A stretch of DNA of 64,000 nucleotides. Origin: an uncultured Acidobacteriaceae bacterium (GTDB lineage Bacteria > Acidobacteriota > Terriglobia > Terriglobales > Acidobacteriaceae). The notes below the pieces were generated by a model, which was not told where the DNA came from, made no database searches, and was given only the letters and a program-made list of their open reading frames with translations. The stretch lies in assembly GCA_963769345.1 (NCBI GenBank), contig CAVYLL010000004.1, positions 419,949 to 483,948 on the forward strand. Direction: 5' to 3'. Both the position numbers and the translations under genes were made by a program. The first letter of the stretch is position 1, and each line of letters opens with the position of its first letter. Below, piece after piece: positions 14,711 to 26,857 of the stretch.

Positions 14711-15480
14711 TCAGCCCAAGGCGGGAAGCTTGTCGGAAATGCCGAAGAGAAAGATCAATCCGATGGCGCAGCTATACACCGCGCCGGTCCACGCAATTAC
14801 GTGATAAAAGTGCGGATGGTGTCCGCCGGCCTTGAAGGCGCCCCCAAGCGATGCCGTCATCAGTGCGTTCATCGCCACCAGCCCAACGGCAAACGCCCCC
14901 AGCCCCAGCATGCCGCGCGAGGTTCCGCCCAGATTCGCCGTCAGAAAGAACAAGGCAAGCTGGCTCGGCGTCTCGGCACCCACTCCGTGCAGAATGCCAA
15001 TCACAAAGACCGATTTGCCGTTGTACATCCACTGAAATCGCTCCGGCTTCGGGGCTGCCCGGATTCCAGAAGCGACGCACGCGCCAAGCCATCCACAGCA
15101 CGCCGTTAATGGCGATGGCTAGTCGGCTCTCAATGCGAGCTGTGCCGGTGTCCATGCGCGTCCTTGCGCAGAATGCCCGCCACCACACCGATTCCCAGCA
15201 CGATCAGCGTCAGGCCGATCAGCCGTTCTGTCCAGTGATCCAGGCCCTCGGGCAACCCCAGGTGCATTTGCAGCACAGCAATACCGAGGGCAACCACCGT
15301 GAACGCGTGGCCCAGCGCGTACGTCATCCCCAGCCGCAGTCCGCTGCGCCAGTTTTTCTGAACGGCTGTGATATCCGAAATTGCGGCCAGATGATCGTAG
15401 TCGAAGCCGTGCTTGAGCCCCAGCAGTAGGCAGGAGCCGAGGGCGGCCATCAGTTTCCAGTCGCTCCAGATCGGTGTCAC
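14711..15480 (-). CDS. High-affinity Ni/Co permease (NiCoT, HoxN/HupN/NixA family); about 2 frameshifts
   Basis: Signature LGLKHGFDYDHLAAISD, GHAFTVV, GILHGVGAETPSQ; adjacent to hox. Confidence 0.85.
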
Positions 15481-15596
15481 AGGTGCTCAGTATAGTGCAG
15501 CATCGGTGAGGCTGGCGCGTTCATTCGTCACCAGGTTTCAGCATCCCTAGCCGTCATGGATGGTTTGCAAGCTCCAGGCGTAGGCTCGAGGCGCGT

Positions 15597-16329
15597 TTAA
15601 GGAGCAGTCACCAGGTCAAGCTGATAATTTGCGTAGTCGATTTTGACCACAGTCTGGCCCAGCAACGAACTGGCAGAGATTGCCTGGGCATGGATCGCCA
15701 TCGGCAGTCCGCTTACTTCGTCGTATTGTCGCGTAACCTCCGCAGCGCTCGCCAGGAAAAAGGCGCTCTTGGAGGCCCTTCCCTTCAGCAGCACAATCGC
15801 GAAGTCTCGTGCGTCCACCCACACCTTTCCTTTGAACAGAAACTGGCTGGTGCGCTTTGGATTGATATCCAGAACAAGGCAGTCCCGCCCATTGAGTTGT
15901 TCCCGCGCATTGGCATCCAGTTTCATCTCGTAGTTGGCGCTGTTGATCAGCGCCGTCTCGACGTTGCCGGGCAGGCTCATGTGCTTTTCGTTGTCAGCAG
16001 GGTGGCCAGACACTTCGTTCCGCCAGAAGGTTGAGCCGCTCTGGGAGACGATCTCGTAGCTTTTGCCGGTCTGCTTGCGGTAAGTGGTCTTCACAAGCAT
16101 TTCCGCCGCCGGGTGCGTTTCATCGTTGCCGCGAAACACCGCGTAATGTTCGGTGACCGTGTAGGCTGCCAGATGATCGATCCGGTTCTTTACCGATGCA
16201 TCAACGCCGTCGAACAATGGTCGTGATGTCCGGCAGCTGCTGTGCAAAGATCAGATTCGATGCAAGGAGAGGAATAATCAGAAAGACCCGCAAATGCTGG
16301 GCGTCAAAAACTCGCCAACGTTCCATCAT
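15597..16329 (-). CDS. Exported hypothetical protein (lipoprotein-sorting / sigma-E regulatory-like fold); frameshift ~16215
   Basis: A signal-like N-terminus MMERWRVFDAQHLRVFLIIPLLASNLIFAQQ joins ORF 15597..16247. The fold assignment is tentative. Confidence 0.6.
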
Positions 16330-16446
16330 GTTCCGATTCTTTCATGCATAAGTGTTTGTCTTGCAATATCGGTTCCCTTCACGGCAGTGCAGCGATTCTG
16401 ATCGCATCGTATTCGAGGGGAAGACTCTGTCATCACCCCTAAACAG

Positions 16447-16480
16447 TGCGAGCACCCGGAAAACATTCCGGATGCTCGCA
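16447..16480 (-). terminator. Probable intrinsic terminator of the SYLF gene
   Basis: TGCGAGCAcCCGGA...TCCGGaTGCTCGCA hairpin followed by CTGTTT on the minus strand. Confidence 0.55.
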
Positions 16481-16503
16481 GTCTTTCGCAACACACTCGA
16501 TCT

Positions 16504-17194
16504 TTAGCGGGAGGCCGCTTGAACACGGGCACCTCGAACAGCAGAAAGAAACGCATGCGCCTGCGGCGGAGGAGGAACAGACCCGGTCAGAACCGTGCGG
16601 AACGTGACGTCCGGTCCGTAAACCGTCCTCATGGAATCATGGTCAGACCGAACATCTGCGCCATTCAACGTAAGCCCTGCGAATACGCCCTTGGCGCGCG
16701 AGTACGTCAGGATCTCCTCATTCATCTTCCAGTCGGTGTCAGCCGACGCATGACGCCCCACTGGTCCCGCCGCGGCCGAGGCATCCGCGCCCAGTTGGAA
16801 TTTGTCGGCCAGCAGGTGCTTCATGCCTTCTTCGTTCTGAATAACCATCACCAGATCCACGCCTTCGACGCCGATCTGCAGGCCCCAGCTACCGCCCGTG
16901 ATCGCGAAGAACGCCGGAGCGCTCCAGCCATTTTCGGTGCGGCAAGTGGCAACACCGCGGCCGCCTTGGGCGCCAAATACAAATCCGCCCTTGATCATGT
17001 GCGGAACAACGGCTACGCACTTTGCATGCTCCATCACTTCTTCGGGAATTCCTTTGTCCGGTGCAGCCATCACTTCGTGCAGGACTGCGGCGGCTTTATC
17101 CAGCCGTTCCGTTGTATCTTGTTTATCCTGGTCAGATGCCCAGCTCATGGCTGCGAGGCTCGCAACAGCAAGTCGTCAACATTATTTTTTTCAT
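16504..17194 (-). CDS. SYLF/Ysc84 lipid-binding domain protein with signal peptide (frameshift in the leader)
   Basis: HAKCVAVVPHMIKGGFVFGAQGGRGVATCR, GGSWGLQIG, AAAGPVGR, LTYSRAKGVFAG. Confidence 0.85.
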
Positions 17195-17448
17195 ATCATC
17201 CACCTTTCGCATTTACCTGCGGGACACCTTCGGATGGCCCTTCGGGTGTAAATAGGAGCTATCTTCAATAATTCTTTGCGCTGCGCAAAGAAGCGGATCG
17301 GTGTTCACCCCACCTATCCGCTACTGAGCTTTGAGCAAACTGCAAAAGTTTTGGTTGCCCTGCGTTGCGATTCCCACTGATTTGCCCGAAGTTTCGGTAG
17401 GGCTTCGATTTGCGCTTTGGGCTATGCTTAGTTCCGAGGCGCAACCTT

Positions 17449-19820
17449 TTGACCTTCTCTGCATCGTCACTCCCGGAATCTGACTCCAGGGTCAAGCGGA
17501 AGGGTATTCGGGTAAGCGGAGTCGTTCAGGGTGTGGGTTTTCGTCCGTTCGTTTACCGTCTCGCGAGCGAAGAGAATCTGGCAGGCTTTATCGGCAACGA
17601 TACAGACGGCGTAACCATTGAGATCGAAGGTCCGGCGGTCCGCATTCAGGCCTTCCTCGCCCGCCTCACCTCGGAAACTCCACCACTGGCGCGCATCGAC
17701 TCGGTCTGCCACCAGCGATCTTGCGCCCAATGGCCGCGCCGGATTCAGCATCGTAGCCAGCGAAGTGCTTGGGCGTGTCAGCACCGGCATCCCCGCCGAC
17801 GCGGCCACCTGCGCCGACTGCCTGCGTGAACTGCTCGATCCCGCCGACCGCCGCTACCGGTATCCCTTCCTGAACTGCACCAACTGCGGACCGCGCTATA
17901 CCATCACGCGCCGCATCCCGTACGACCGCCCGCAAACCTCGATGGCAAAATTCCCGCATGTGTCCCGAGTGCCAGGCAGAATACGACGATCCACTCAATC
18001 GGCGTTTCCACGCCCAGCCGAATGCCTGCTGGCGCTGCGGCCCACGCGTGTGGTTGGAAACACCAGAAGGCGCGCCGATCGAGAGCGCCGACCCAGTCGC
18101 CGAAACGATAGAGCGTCTTCTCCGCGGCGAGATCATGGCCATCAAAGGTATCGGTGGTTTCCACCTCAGTGTGGATGCAACCAGGGAAGAAGCCGTCACA
18201 CGCCTGCGACAGCGCAAACATCGCTACGGCAAACCACTCGCGATCATGGTGCGCGACCTTGCTGCGGCGCGCACCATGTGCGACCTGACTGCGGAAGAAG
18301 AAGCACTGCTGCAGACGCCAGCGCGTCCCATCGTTCTTGGCCATGCGCGCAAACGGAACGGCATCGCCCCCTCAGTAGCGCCCGGCATTCCGTGGCTGGG
18401 CCTCTTTCTGCCCTACGCGCCGCTCCAGCACTTGCTTTTCGCAGATCCGCGCGTGAAAGCATTGGTGATGACGTCGGCCAATCTGAGCGAGGAGCCGATC
18501 GCTATCGATAACGACGAAGCCCGCGCGCGTCTCGCTGCCATCGCCGACGCCTTCCTGATGCACGATCGCGAAATTCTCCAGCGCTGCGATGATTCCGTTG
18601 ACGCTTTGGTTGACGGCAAACCGCAAATCATTCGCCGAGCCCGCGGCTTTGTTCCACTCGCCATTTCGCTGCCGTTCGACGCCCCACCGCTGCTCGCCGT
18701 CGGCGGCCATCTGAAAAACGTACTCGCGCTCGCACGCGGCAAATTTGTGTACCAGAGTCAGCACATTGGCGATCTGGAGAACGCCACAAGTCTTCAGTTC
18801 TTCGAAGAGTGCCTGCGCCACCTGACGAACACCTTTGAGATCGAGCCGAAAATCGTCGTCCATGATCTGCATCCCGGCTATCTGTCTACTAGCTGGGCGA
18901 AGCAGTGGGCCGGCGGTCGTGGTCTGCGCTTGATCGGCGTGCAGCATCATCACGCCCACATTGCAGCCTGCATGGCAGAACACGCCCTCTCTGGGCCGGT
19001 CATCGGCCTCTCACTCGACGGCACCGGCTATGGCACCGACGGCCGTATCTGGGGCGGGGAAGTGCTGATCTGCCGCCTCTCCGGCCACGATCCTGGAAGC
19101 TTTGAACGCTTTGCCCACCTCGACTATGTTCCGATGCCGGGCGGCGAAGCAGCCATCCGCGAACCCTGGCGCATGGCGTTCGGCCATCTCATCGCGGCCG
19201 GCTTCCCCGAGGTTGAGGCAAGGGACCTCGTTGGAGCCACCGAGCAGGAGGCCCGCGTAATGCGCCGCATGATTGAGCGCCAGATCAACGCGCCCTATAC
19301 ATCAAGTCTCGGCCGATTCTTTGATGCTGCTGCCGCCGTGATCCTCAATCGCCGCAAGGTAGATTACGAGGCGCAGGCTGCCATTGAGTTGGAGGGTTGC
19401 GCTGCCGGCCTCCCCAACGAACTTTGCTTTCCGGTCCAATACCAGACCGAATTGCTCGGTGGAGACTGGAGCCAGCGCGAACTATCGAGAATCAGCGTCG
19501 CTCCGCTCTGGCGCGCAATGGTCGCCGACCTTGTGGCGGGCGTAGCCCGATCCGAGATCGCCGCACGGTTCCATGCCGCGATTGCAGACGCTTTTATCCA
19601 GGCTGCATCCAGAGCGCACTCCGCCACCGGGATACAGCAGGTTGCGCTCTCTGGCGGCTGCATGCACAACCGCCGACTGGTTAGTCTCCTGCGCTCCGGC
19701 CTAAAGGCCCAGGGACTCGAAGTTTTCCAGCATCGAAGCGTCAGCCCGGGCGATGGTGGTCTCAGCTTCGGACAGGCTGCAGTGGCCGCGGCGATCCTGT
19801 ACAGTGAATCTACCCGTTGA
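17449..19820 (+). CDS. hypF: Carbamoyltransferase HypF; frameshifts ~17705 and ~17955
   Basis: Acylphosphatase domain [13 protein letters not shown], zinc fingers CADC...CTNCGPR and CPEC...[27 protein letters not shown]. Confidence 0.95.
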
Positions 19821-19841
19821 ACATATCCGAGGATTGAACGC

Positions 19842-20252
19842 ATGACGATTCGCGGAATTATCTGGACGATCCTCTTGGCTCTGGCTGGGATTCTCAGCGC
19901 CGGCGTCACACTTTTTGGAATCGGCAGGTCCTTTGGCGTTGATCTGCGCCAGGACACCCTGCTGAGCTGTCTTTATTGTGGCCTTCCAGTTCTCTGTTTT
20001 CCAGTGTTCCTGCTGGTACGACCGCCGCGGCGCTCCGCCGTGCTTCTTTCACTCATGGCACTCACCTACCTCGGCGCTTACTCGGCGCTCAACTGGCGCA
20101 CGTGTTCCGAACTGGGTTACTGCGAGAGCCTCGTCGAGACAGTCTTTCAGACGTTGAGCACCAACATGGTGCTTGCATTCTTCGCCGTCGTTGTACTCAC
20201 GCTGCTTGCGCAGCTAGCAGACGACCAGTCATCGCTCTGGCGAGGCAGGTAA
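19842..20252 (+). CDS. Small membrane protein, unknown function
   Basis: GAGG Shine-Dalgarno; about four hydrophobic segments. Confidence 0.65.
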   Translation: MTIRGIIWTILLALAGILSAGVTLFGIGRSFGVDLRQDTLLSCLYCGLPVLCFPVFLLVRPPRRSAVLLSLMALTYLGAYSALNWRTCSELGYCESLVETVFQTLSTNMVLAFFAVVVLTLLAQLADDQSSLWRGR

Positions 20253-20774
20253 CTATCCCGAAAGCTTGACGAGTTGTTCGGCTTCGATCTTCGGACCGAG
20301 AATCGAAATACGCGGAATGCGCCCACGCACCATTGCGACCTCGTCGCAGCGGTGCAGCCGCGGACAGTTCTGGCAATCCTTGAAGATCTTGTCGGGCAGC
20401 TCGATCTTGTCCTCTACTGTGCGAAAGCCGTATTTGAAGAAAAAGTCGGGAATGCGCGTGAACAGGCATACAGATTGAATCCCGTGCTCTTCTGCCTCTT
20501 CAATCAGAGCACCAAGAATGCGTCCGCCGGCGCCCTGTCCCTTGGCCTCCGGCTTTACCACGATCGAGCGCACTTCGCAGAGGTGCGGCCCGTAGAAGTG
20601 CAGAGCGCCGCAGCCCAGAAATATGCCGCCATCTGATTCCGAAACCGTAAAGTCGCGCACGTTTTCGCAGATTTCAGCGAACGAGCGTTTCAGCAGCGTG
20701 CCGTCGCCCGAGAGCGAATTCACCAGGTCATAAATATTCGTCGCATCCTTCAAGAGCGCCTTACGCACCAGCAT
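20253..20774 (-). CDS. argA: Short GNAT N-acetylglutamate synthase (ArgA-type)
   Basis: LLKRSFAEICENVRDF, EVRSIVV, KIFKDCQNCPRLHRCDEVAM; last gene of the arg operon. Confidence 0.75.
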   Translation of the reverse strand: MLVRKALLKDATNIYDLVNSLSGDGTLLKRSFAEICENVRDFTVSESDGGIFLGCGALHFYGPHLCEVRSIVVKPEAKGQGAGGRILGALIEEAEEHGIQSVCLFTRIPDFFFKYGFRTVEDKIELPDKIFKDCQNCPRLHRCDEVAMVRGRIPRISILGPKIEAEQLVKLSG

Positions 20775-22206
20775 GAACCACCTCCGATGCGCTCACTTTC
20801 TTTAGCGCTGCCACGCGCTCTGCTGCATCGCGCAATGCGGCTTTCACGCGATTCGTCGCCGTTCCGCCGATGACGTCATGGCAATCGAGCGTCGCCTGCA
20901 ATGTGACTGCTGCGTAAAAGTCCTCACCGAACTCGCTGCCGAATTGGCGCAGTTCGTCCAGGCTCAACTCGTTCAACTCCACGCCTTTTTCCAGCGCATA
21001 GCGAACCGCGTTGCCGATCTTCTCGTGAGCGGTACGGAAGGGAACGCCTTTGTGTACGAGATAGGTCGCCCCCGCCATAGCATTCAGATACCCCGTTTGC
21101 GCCGCATCCCGCATGCGTTCGAAGTTGAACTGCAGGGCCGAGGTGAAACGCGCCACCAGCGTCAGCATGGGCGCGACAAACTCAACCTGAAACGCCGGCT
21201 CCTGGGTCTCCTGCATATCCTTGTTGTAGGCCAGGGGCAATCCCTTCAATTGCAGAGTAACCGCTTCCGCCGCGCCGTGAATCCGACCGACCTTCGCGCG
21301 AATCAATTCAGTCAAGTCGGGATTCTTCTTCTGCGGCATCGCGCTAGATCCCGTGGAAAATGCTTCGGGCAGCACAACAAATCCAAACTCCGCCGTGGCA
21401 AACAACGTAATCTCCTCGGCAAATCGGCTCAGGTGCAACCCGACAAATGTCAGCGCCTGCAGGTACTCGAGAATGAAATCGCGATCGCTGGTCGCATCCA
21501 TCGAGTTCGCAGTCGGCGCCACGAAACCCAACTCCCGCGCGGCAATCGCCCGGTCCAACTTCAGCGTCGCACCCGCTACCGCTCCCGACCCCAGGGGACA
21601 GAAGTTCAGCCGGGCCGCACAATCCCGCAGACGTTCCGCGTCGCGCAGAATCATTTGCACGTATGCAAGCATCCAGTGCGCCAGTAGCACCGGCTCGGCC
21701 CGCTGCATGTGCGTATAGCTTGGCATTACTGCATCACCGGCGTTGCCTGCCTGCTCCAGCAGCGCATCAGCCCACTGGCTGAGAGCGTCAATGACGAATT
21801 CAATCTGCCCGCGCACATACAGCCGCAGGTCAGTCGCGATTTGCTCGTTACGCGATCGACCGGTATGCAACTTCAGCCCGAGAGAACCGACACGTTCGAC
21901 CAGTGACAGCTCGACGAAATGGTGAATATCTTCCGCAACCGGATGGTTTCGCACCAGTGCACTGCCTTCTTCTGAACCGAACTCCGTCGCAATATGATCC
22001 AGCCCAGTACGCAACTGTGCCAGTTCAACCGGAGTAATGACCTCAGCAGCCGCGAGCGCAGACGCATGCGCCTTGCTGGCAGCTACCTCGTGCGCGAGGA
22101 TCCGCCAGTCAAACACAATCGAGCGCTGCCACTGCTCAAATTCCTTATCCAGCGGCTCGCGAAAGCGGCCGGACCACATCTTCCCGGATTGTTGTTCGTT
22201 CGACAT
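20761..22206 (-). CDS. argH: Argininosuccinate lyase
   Basis: KMWSGRF, LHTGRSRNEQIATD, GSSAMPQKKNPD. Confidence 0.97.
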   Translation of the reverse strand: MSNEQQSGKMWSGRFREPLDKEFEQWQRSIVFDWRILAHEVAASKAHASALAAAEVITPVELAQLRTGLDHIATEFGSEEGSALVRNHPVAEDIHHFVELSLVERVGSLGLKLHTGRSRNEQIATDLRLYVRGQIEFVIDALSQWADALLEQAGNAGDAVMPSYTHMQRAEPVLLAHWMLAYVQMILRDAERLRDCAARLNFCPLGSGAVAGATLKLDRAIAARELGFVAPTANSMDATSDRDFILEYLQALTFVGLHLSRFAEEITLFATAEFGFVVLPEAFSTGSSAMPQKKNPDLTELIRAKVGRIHGAAEAVTLQLKGLPLAYNKDMQETQEPAFQVEFVAPMLTLVARFTSALQFNFERMRDAAQTGYLNAMAGATYLVHKGVPFRTAHEKIGNAVRYALEKGVELNELSLDELRQFGSEFGEDFYAAVTLQATLDCHDVIGGTATNRVKAALRDAAERVAALKKVSASEVVHAGA

Positions 22207-22209
22207 TGC

Positions 22210-23565
<1,356 letters not shown>

Positions 23566-23592
23566 TCAGAAACCTTCTAGCTTCTGGCTAGC

Positions 23593-23748
23593 TTTGAAAG
23601 GGCACGACTTTAGTCGTGCCGCAGAAAATTCAAAATCGTGGGCTTTAGCCCCTGCCGGAAGCACTTTCCAAAACCTGCATTCCCTCAGCGGCTGAAGCCG
23701 ACTTCGCCGGTGCCTCATTTGGCACGGCTAGAGCCGTGCCTTTCAAAA
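23593..23748. repeat. Composite (BIME-like) element made of two inverted family-1 units between argF and argG
   Basis: Forward unit TTTGAAAGGGCACGACTTTAGTCGTGCCG...GGGCTTTAGCCCCTG, then reverse unit CTCAGCGGCTGAAGCCG...GGCACGGCTAGAGCCGTGCCTTTCAAAA. Confidence 0.85.
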
Positions 23749-23769
23749 CTACGAACGGTAAACTCACAA

Positions 23770-24810
23770 CTAAGAACTGAGGGCTGAAAACTTCGCCACA
23801 TTCGCCAGCCCGCCGAGCAACAGCAACAAAAGCGCCTTCTGCGCGTGCATGCGGTTCTCGGCCTGGTCAAACACAATCGACTGCGGGCCGTCGAGCACTG
23901 CGTCAGTTACCTCGGCATTGCGTCGTGCAGGCAGGCAATGCATGAATACGGCATTCGGCGCTGTCTTCGACATCAGCGCCTCATTCACCTGGAACGGCCT
24001 GAAGATCGGCGCGCGCTTGCTCGACTCGTGTTCCATGCCCATGCTCACGCAAACATCGGTGTACACCGCATCTGCGTTCTCTGCGGCCGCCTGCGGATCC
24101 TGTGTCAGTTTCACCTCGCAGCCGTTTACCTCGGCAATCTCGCGAGCCTTGGTCACAATCTCAATGTCTGGCGAGTATCCGCGAGGAGTAGCCACGGTGA
24201 CATTCGTTCCCAACTGCGCGCCCGTCAGCATGAGCGAATGGCACACATTATTCCCGTCGCCCACGTACGTAAAGTTCAAGCCAGCCGACAATCCGAAGTG
24301 CTCTTCCAGGGTCATGAAGTCTGCCAGAGCCTGGCACGGATGCTCAAAATCCGACAGCGCGTTGATCACCGGCACCCGTGAATTCGCCGCCATCTCTGTA
24401 ATCGTGTCGTGTGCATAGGTGCGCAGCACAATAACGTCAACCCAGCGCTCTACGTTGCGCGCCACATCGGCAATCGCCTCGCGCTCGCCCAGCGGGGAAC
24501 CCGTCTGATCAACGAAGATGGCGTTCCCGCCCATCGTGTTAATTCCCGTTTCAAAGGCCAGTCGGGTGCGGAGACTCGCTTTTTCAAACATCAGCACCAT
24601 CTGCTTCGCATCCAATGCATGCCGGTATTCACGCGGATTCATCTTTACATCGTGTCCGAGCTTCAGGATCGCGCGAACCTCGCCGCTGGTCAGATCGGCG
24701 ATCGAGCACATATCCTCTCCGCCCAGTCGCGCTGCCGCGGCCAGAATGTCTTCATCCTTTTGCACGGGAACTGCTGGCGCCCGGCGCTCCATGGTTGCTC
24801 TGCTAGCCAC
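23770..24810 (-). CDS. argF: Ornithine carbamoyltransferase
   Basis: FEKASLRTR, HPCQALAD, YVGDGNNV, YTDVCVSMG, FMHCLP. Confidence 0.95.
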   Translation of the reverse strand: MASRATMERRAPAVPVQKDEDILAAAARLGGEDMCSIADLTSGEVRAILKLGHDVKMNPREYRHALDAKQMVLMFEKASLRTRLAFETGINTMGGNAIFVDQTGSPLGEREAIADVARNVERWVDVIVLRTYAHDTITEMAANSRVPVINALSDFEHPCQALADFMTLEEHFGLSAGLNFTYVGDGNNVCHSLMLTGAQLGTNVTVATPRGYSPDIEIVTKAREIAEVNGCEVKLTQDPQAAAENADAVYTDVCVSMGMEHESSKRAPIFRPFQVNEALMSKTAPNAVFMHCLPARRNAEVTDAVLDGPQSIVFDQAENRMHAQKALLLLLLGGLANVAKFSALSS

Positions 24811-26062
24811 GATCGTTTCCTCCTGCGGTCTGAGTCGCGGTGATTACAGCCGCGGCCTTTTCGGTAAAAATCTCGTCCAATGCCTTGATCGCTTCATCTA
24901 CGTGCTTGCGCTCGATGATGTAGGGCGGCAGGAACCGCAACACGGTATCGCTGGTGCGGTTAATTACGATTCGGTGCTTCAGCATCTCGTCAACGGTCAG
25001 TTTTGCAAGATCTGCCGAATCCAGTTCCGCCGCGAGCATCAATCCCTTCCCGCGCACATCCTTGATACATTCGTGTTTCTTCGCAAGCCCGCGTAGCTGC
25101 TGCTGGAAATAGTCGCCTACCTCTGTCGCATGCTTGAGCAGATCTTCGTTTTCGATGGCATCGATTACCGCAATGGCCACCGCACAAGCCAGCGGACCGC
25201 CACCGAACGTTGTCCCATGCATACCGGCATGAATCGCGCGCGCTGCTTCTTCGGTGCAGAGGATCGCACCCAGCGGAAGACCGCCAGCAATCGGCTTTGC
25301 CAACGTCACCACATCCGGCTTGATGTCGTAATGCTGATACGCACACCACTTTCCGGTGCGCCCCATCCCGGCCTGAATCTCATCCACAATCAGAAAAGCG
25401 CCTGTGGAATCCGCGAGATTCCGCGCTTCAGCAAAAAACTCCTGCGTCAGCGGACGAATGCCGCCCTCGCCCTGGATTGCCTCAACGAGAATTGCACAGA
25501 CATCGCTCGAAAACTTTGCGCGTAAATCGGCGACATCGTTGAACTTCACGAACTCTATGCCCGGTACGCCCGGCGCAAACGGCTCACGATATTTTGCCTT
25601 GTACGTGGTCGACATCGATCCGTATGTGCGTCCGTGAAAGCTCTGCTCCAGCGCCAGAAACTTCGTTCCGATCTGCTTGCCCTCGCTGCGCAGCAATCCC
25701 GCATGTGCGCGCGCCAACTTCAGCGCGCCTTCCCACGCCTCGGTGCCGGTGTTTGAGAAGAACACACGATCCATGCCGGTGCGTTCGGTCAGCCGCAGCG
25801 CCAGTTCTGCTTGCCCCTCGTGGTAGAAGAGATTCGACGTATGAATCAGCGCGCGGCTTTGATTCACGATGGCTCGCTCGATCGCCGGGTGTCCATACCC
25901 CAGCGCATTCACGCCGATGCCGCTCAGCAGGTCGAGGTACTTCGCACCACTCTCATCAATCAGGTGCACGCCTTCTCCGCGAACAAAGAGGATCGGATTC
26001 CGTTCGTAGGTTTGGAGCAGCAGTTGGGATTCTGCTGCGCGAATTTGGTCGAGTTTCGTCAA
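24803..26062 (-). CDS. argD: Acetylornithine aminotransferase
   Basis: LSGIGVNALG, FFSNTGTEA, SFHGRT, DEIQAGMGRTG, TLAKPIAGG. Confidence 0.95.
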   Translation of the reverse strand: MTKLDQIRAAESQLLLQTYERNPILFVRGEGVHLIDESGAKYLDLLSGIGVNALGYGHPAIERAIVNQSRALIHTSNLFYHEGQAELALRLTERTGMDRVFFSNTGTEAWEGALKLARAHAGLLRSEGKQIGTKFLALEQSFHGRTYGSMSTTYKAKYREPFAPGVPGIEFVKFNDVADLRAKFSSDVCAILVEAIQGEGGIRPLTQEFFAEARNLADSTGAFLIVDEIQAGMGRTGKWCAYQHYDIKPDVVTLAKPIAGGLPLGAILCTEEAARAIHAGMHGTTFGGGPLACAVAIAVIDAIENEDLLKHATEVGDYFQQQLRGLAKKHECIKDVRGKGLMLAAELDSADLAKLTVDEMLKHRIVINRTSDTVLRFLPPYIIERKHVDEAIKALDEIFTEKAAAVITATQTAGGNDRG

Positions 26063-26074
26063 TTCAATCTCTCC

Positions 26075-26857
26075 TCAGGCCACCATCACTTCAGTGCCGT
26101 GGGCTACGCGGCTGCTGCACAGGTCGGGAAGGGAACCGGCCGCCTCCGCGGGAAGAATTCGTACACGCTTTACGCCGTTGAGCAATGCTTCGCGGCACGC
26201 GCCCAGTTTCGGCAACATGCCGCCGGAGATGATTGCGCTCTTCGCCATCTCCGCAATCTGGTCGATGCTGAGCCAGCGCAATACTTCCCCATCCGCACCC
26301 TTCACTCCGGGTACATCGGTCAGGAACACGAGGGCATCGGCATGGCACGCCACTGCGCACGCTGCAGCCATCTCGTCACCATTCACGTTGTAGTACTCAC
26401 CATCAAATCCCAGTGCAATTGGCGCAATCACAGGCACGCCGTTCAAGTTCCAGATCGCCTCAATCCACCGCGAATCGCTCGCCACAATCTCACCCACAAA
26501 TCCAAGATCCGGCGCGGACCGCTTTTTGCGTGCGCGAAAGAGCAACCCATCGCCTCCCGTCATGCCGACTGCAGGTTGGCCAAGTGCGCCAAGTGAGGCC
26601 ACCAGCCCCTTGTTCACCTTGCCGGCAAAAACCATAAGCGCAATGTTCCGCGTCTCGGCATCGGTCACGCGCAATCCATCTACAAACTCGCTTTTAGCGC
26701 CAAGCCTCTCCATCATGCGCGTCAATTGCACGCCGCCGCCATGCACCACGGCTACCTGGTTCCCATCACGAACCAGATCGGTAATGGCGCGAACGCAGCC
26801 CTGCAGAAGCTCTGGAACTTCGAGGCCGGCCCCGCCGAGTTTTACGACATACTTCAT
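26075..26857 (-). CDS. argB: Acetylglutamate kinase
   Basis: VVKLGG, VHGGG, GLRVTD, YNVNGD, GGMLPKL. Confidence 0.95.
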   Translation of the reverse strand: MKYVVKLGGAGLEVPELLQGCVRAITDLVRDGNQVAVVHGGGVQLTRMMERLGAKSEFVDGLRVTDAETRNIALMVFAGKVNKGLVASLGALGQPAVGMTGGDGLLFRARKKRSAPDLGFVGEIVASDSRWIEAIWNLNGVPVIAPIALGFDGEYYNVNGDEMAAACAVACHADALVFLTDVPGVKGADGEVLRWLSIDQIAEMAKSAIISGGMLPKLGACREALLNGVKRVRILPAEAAGSLPDLCSSRVAHGTEVMVA

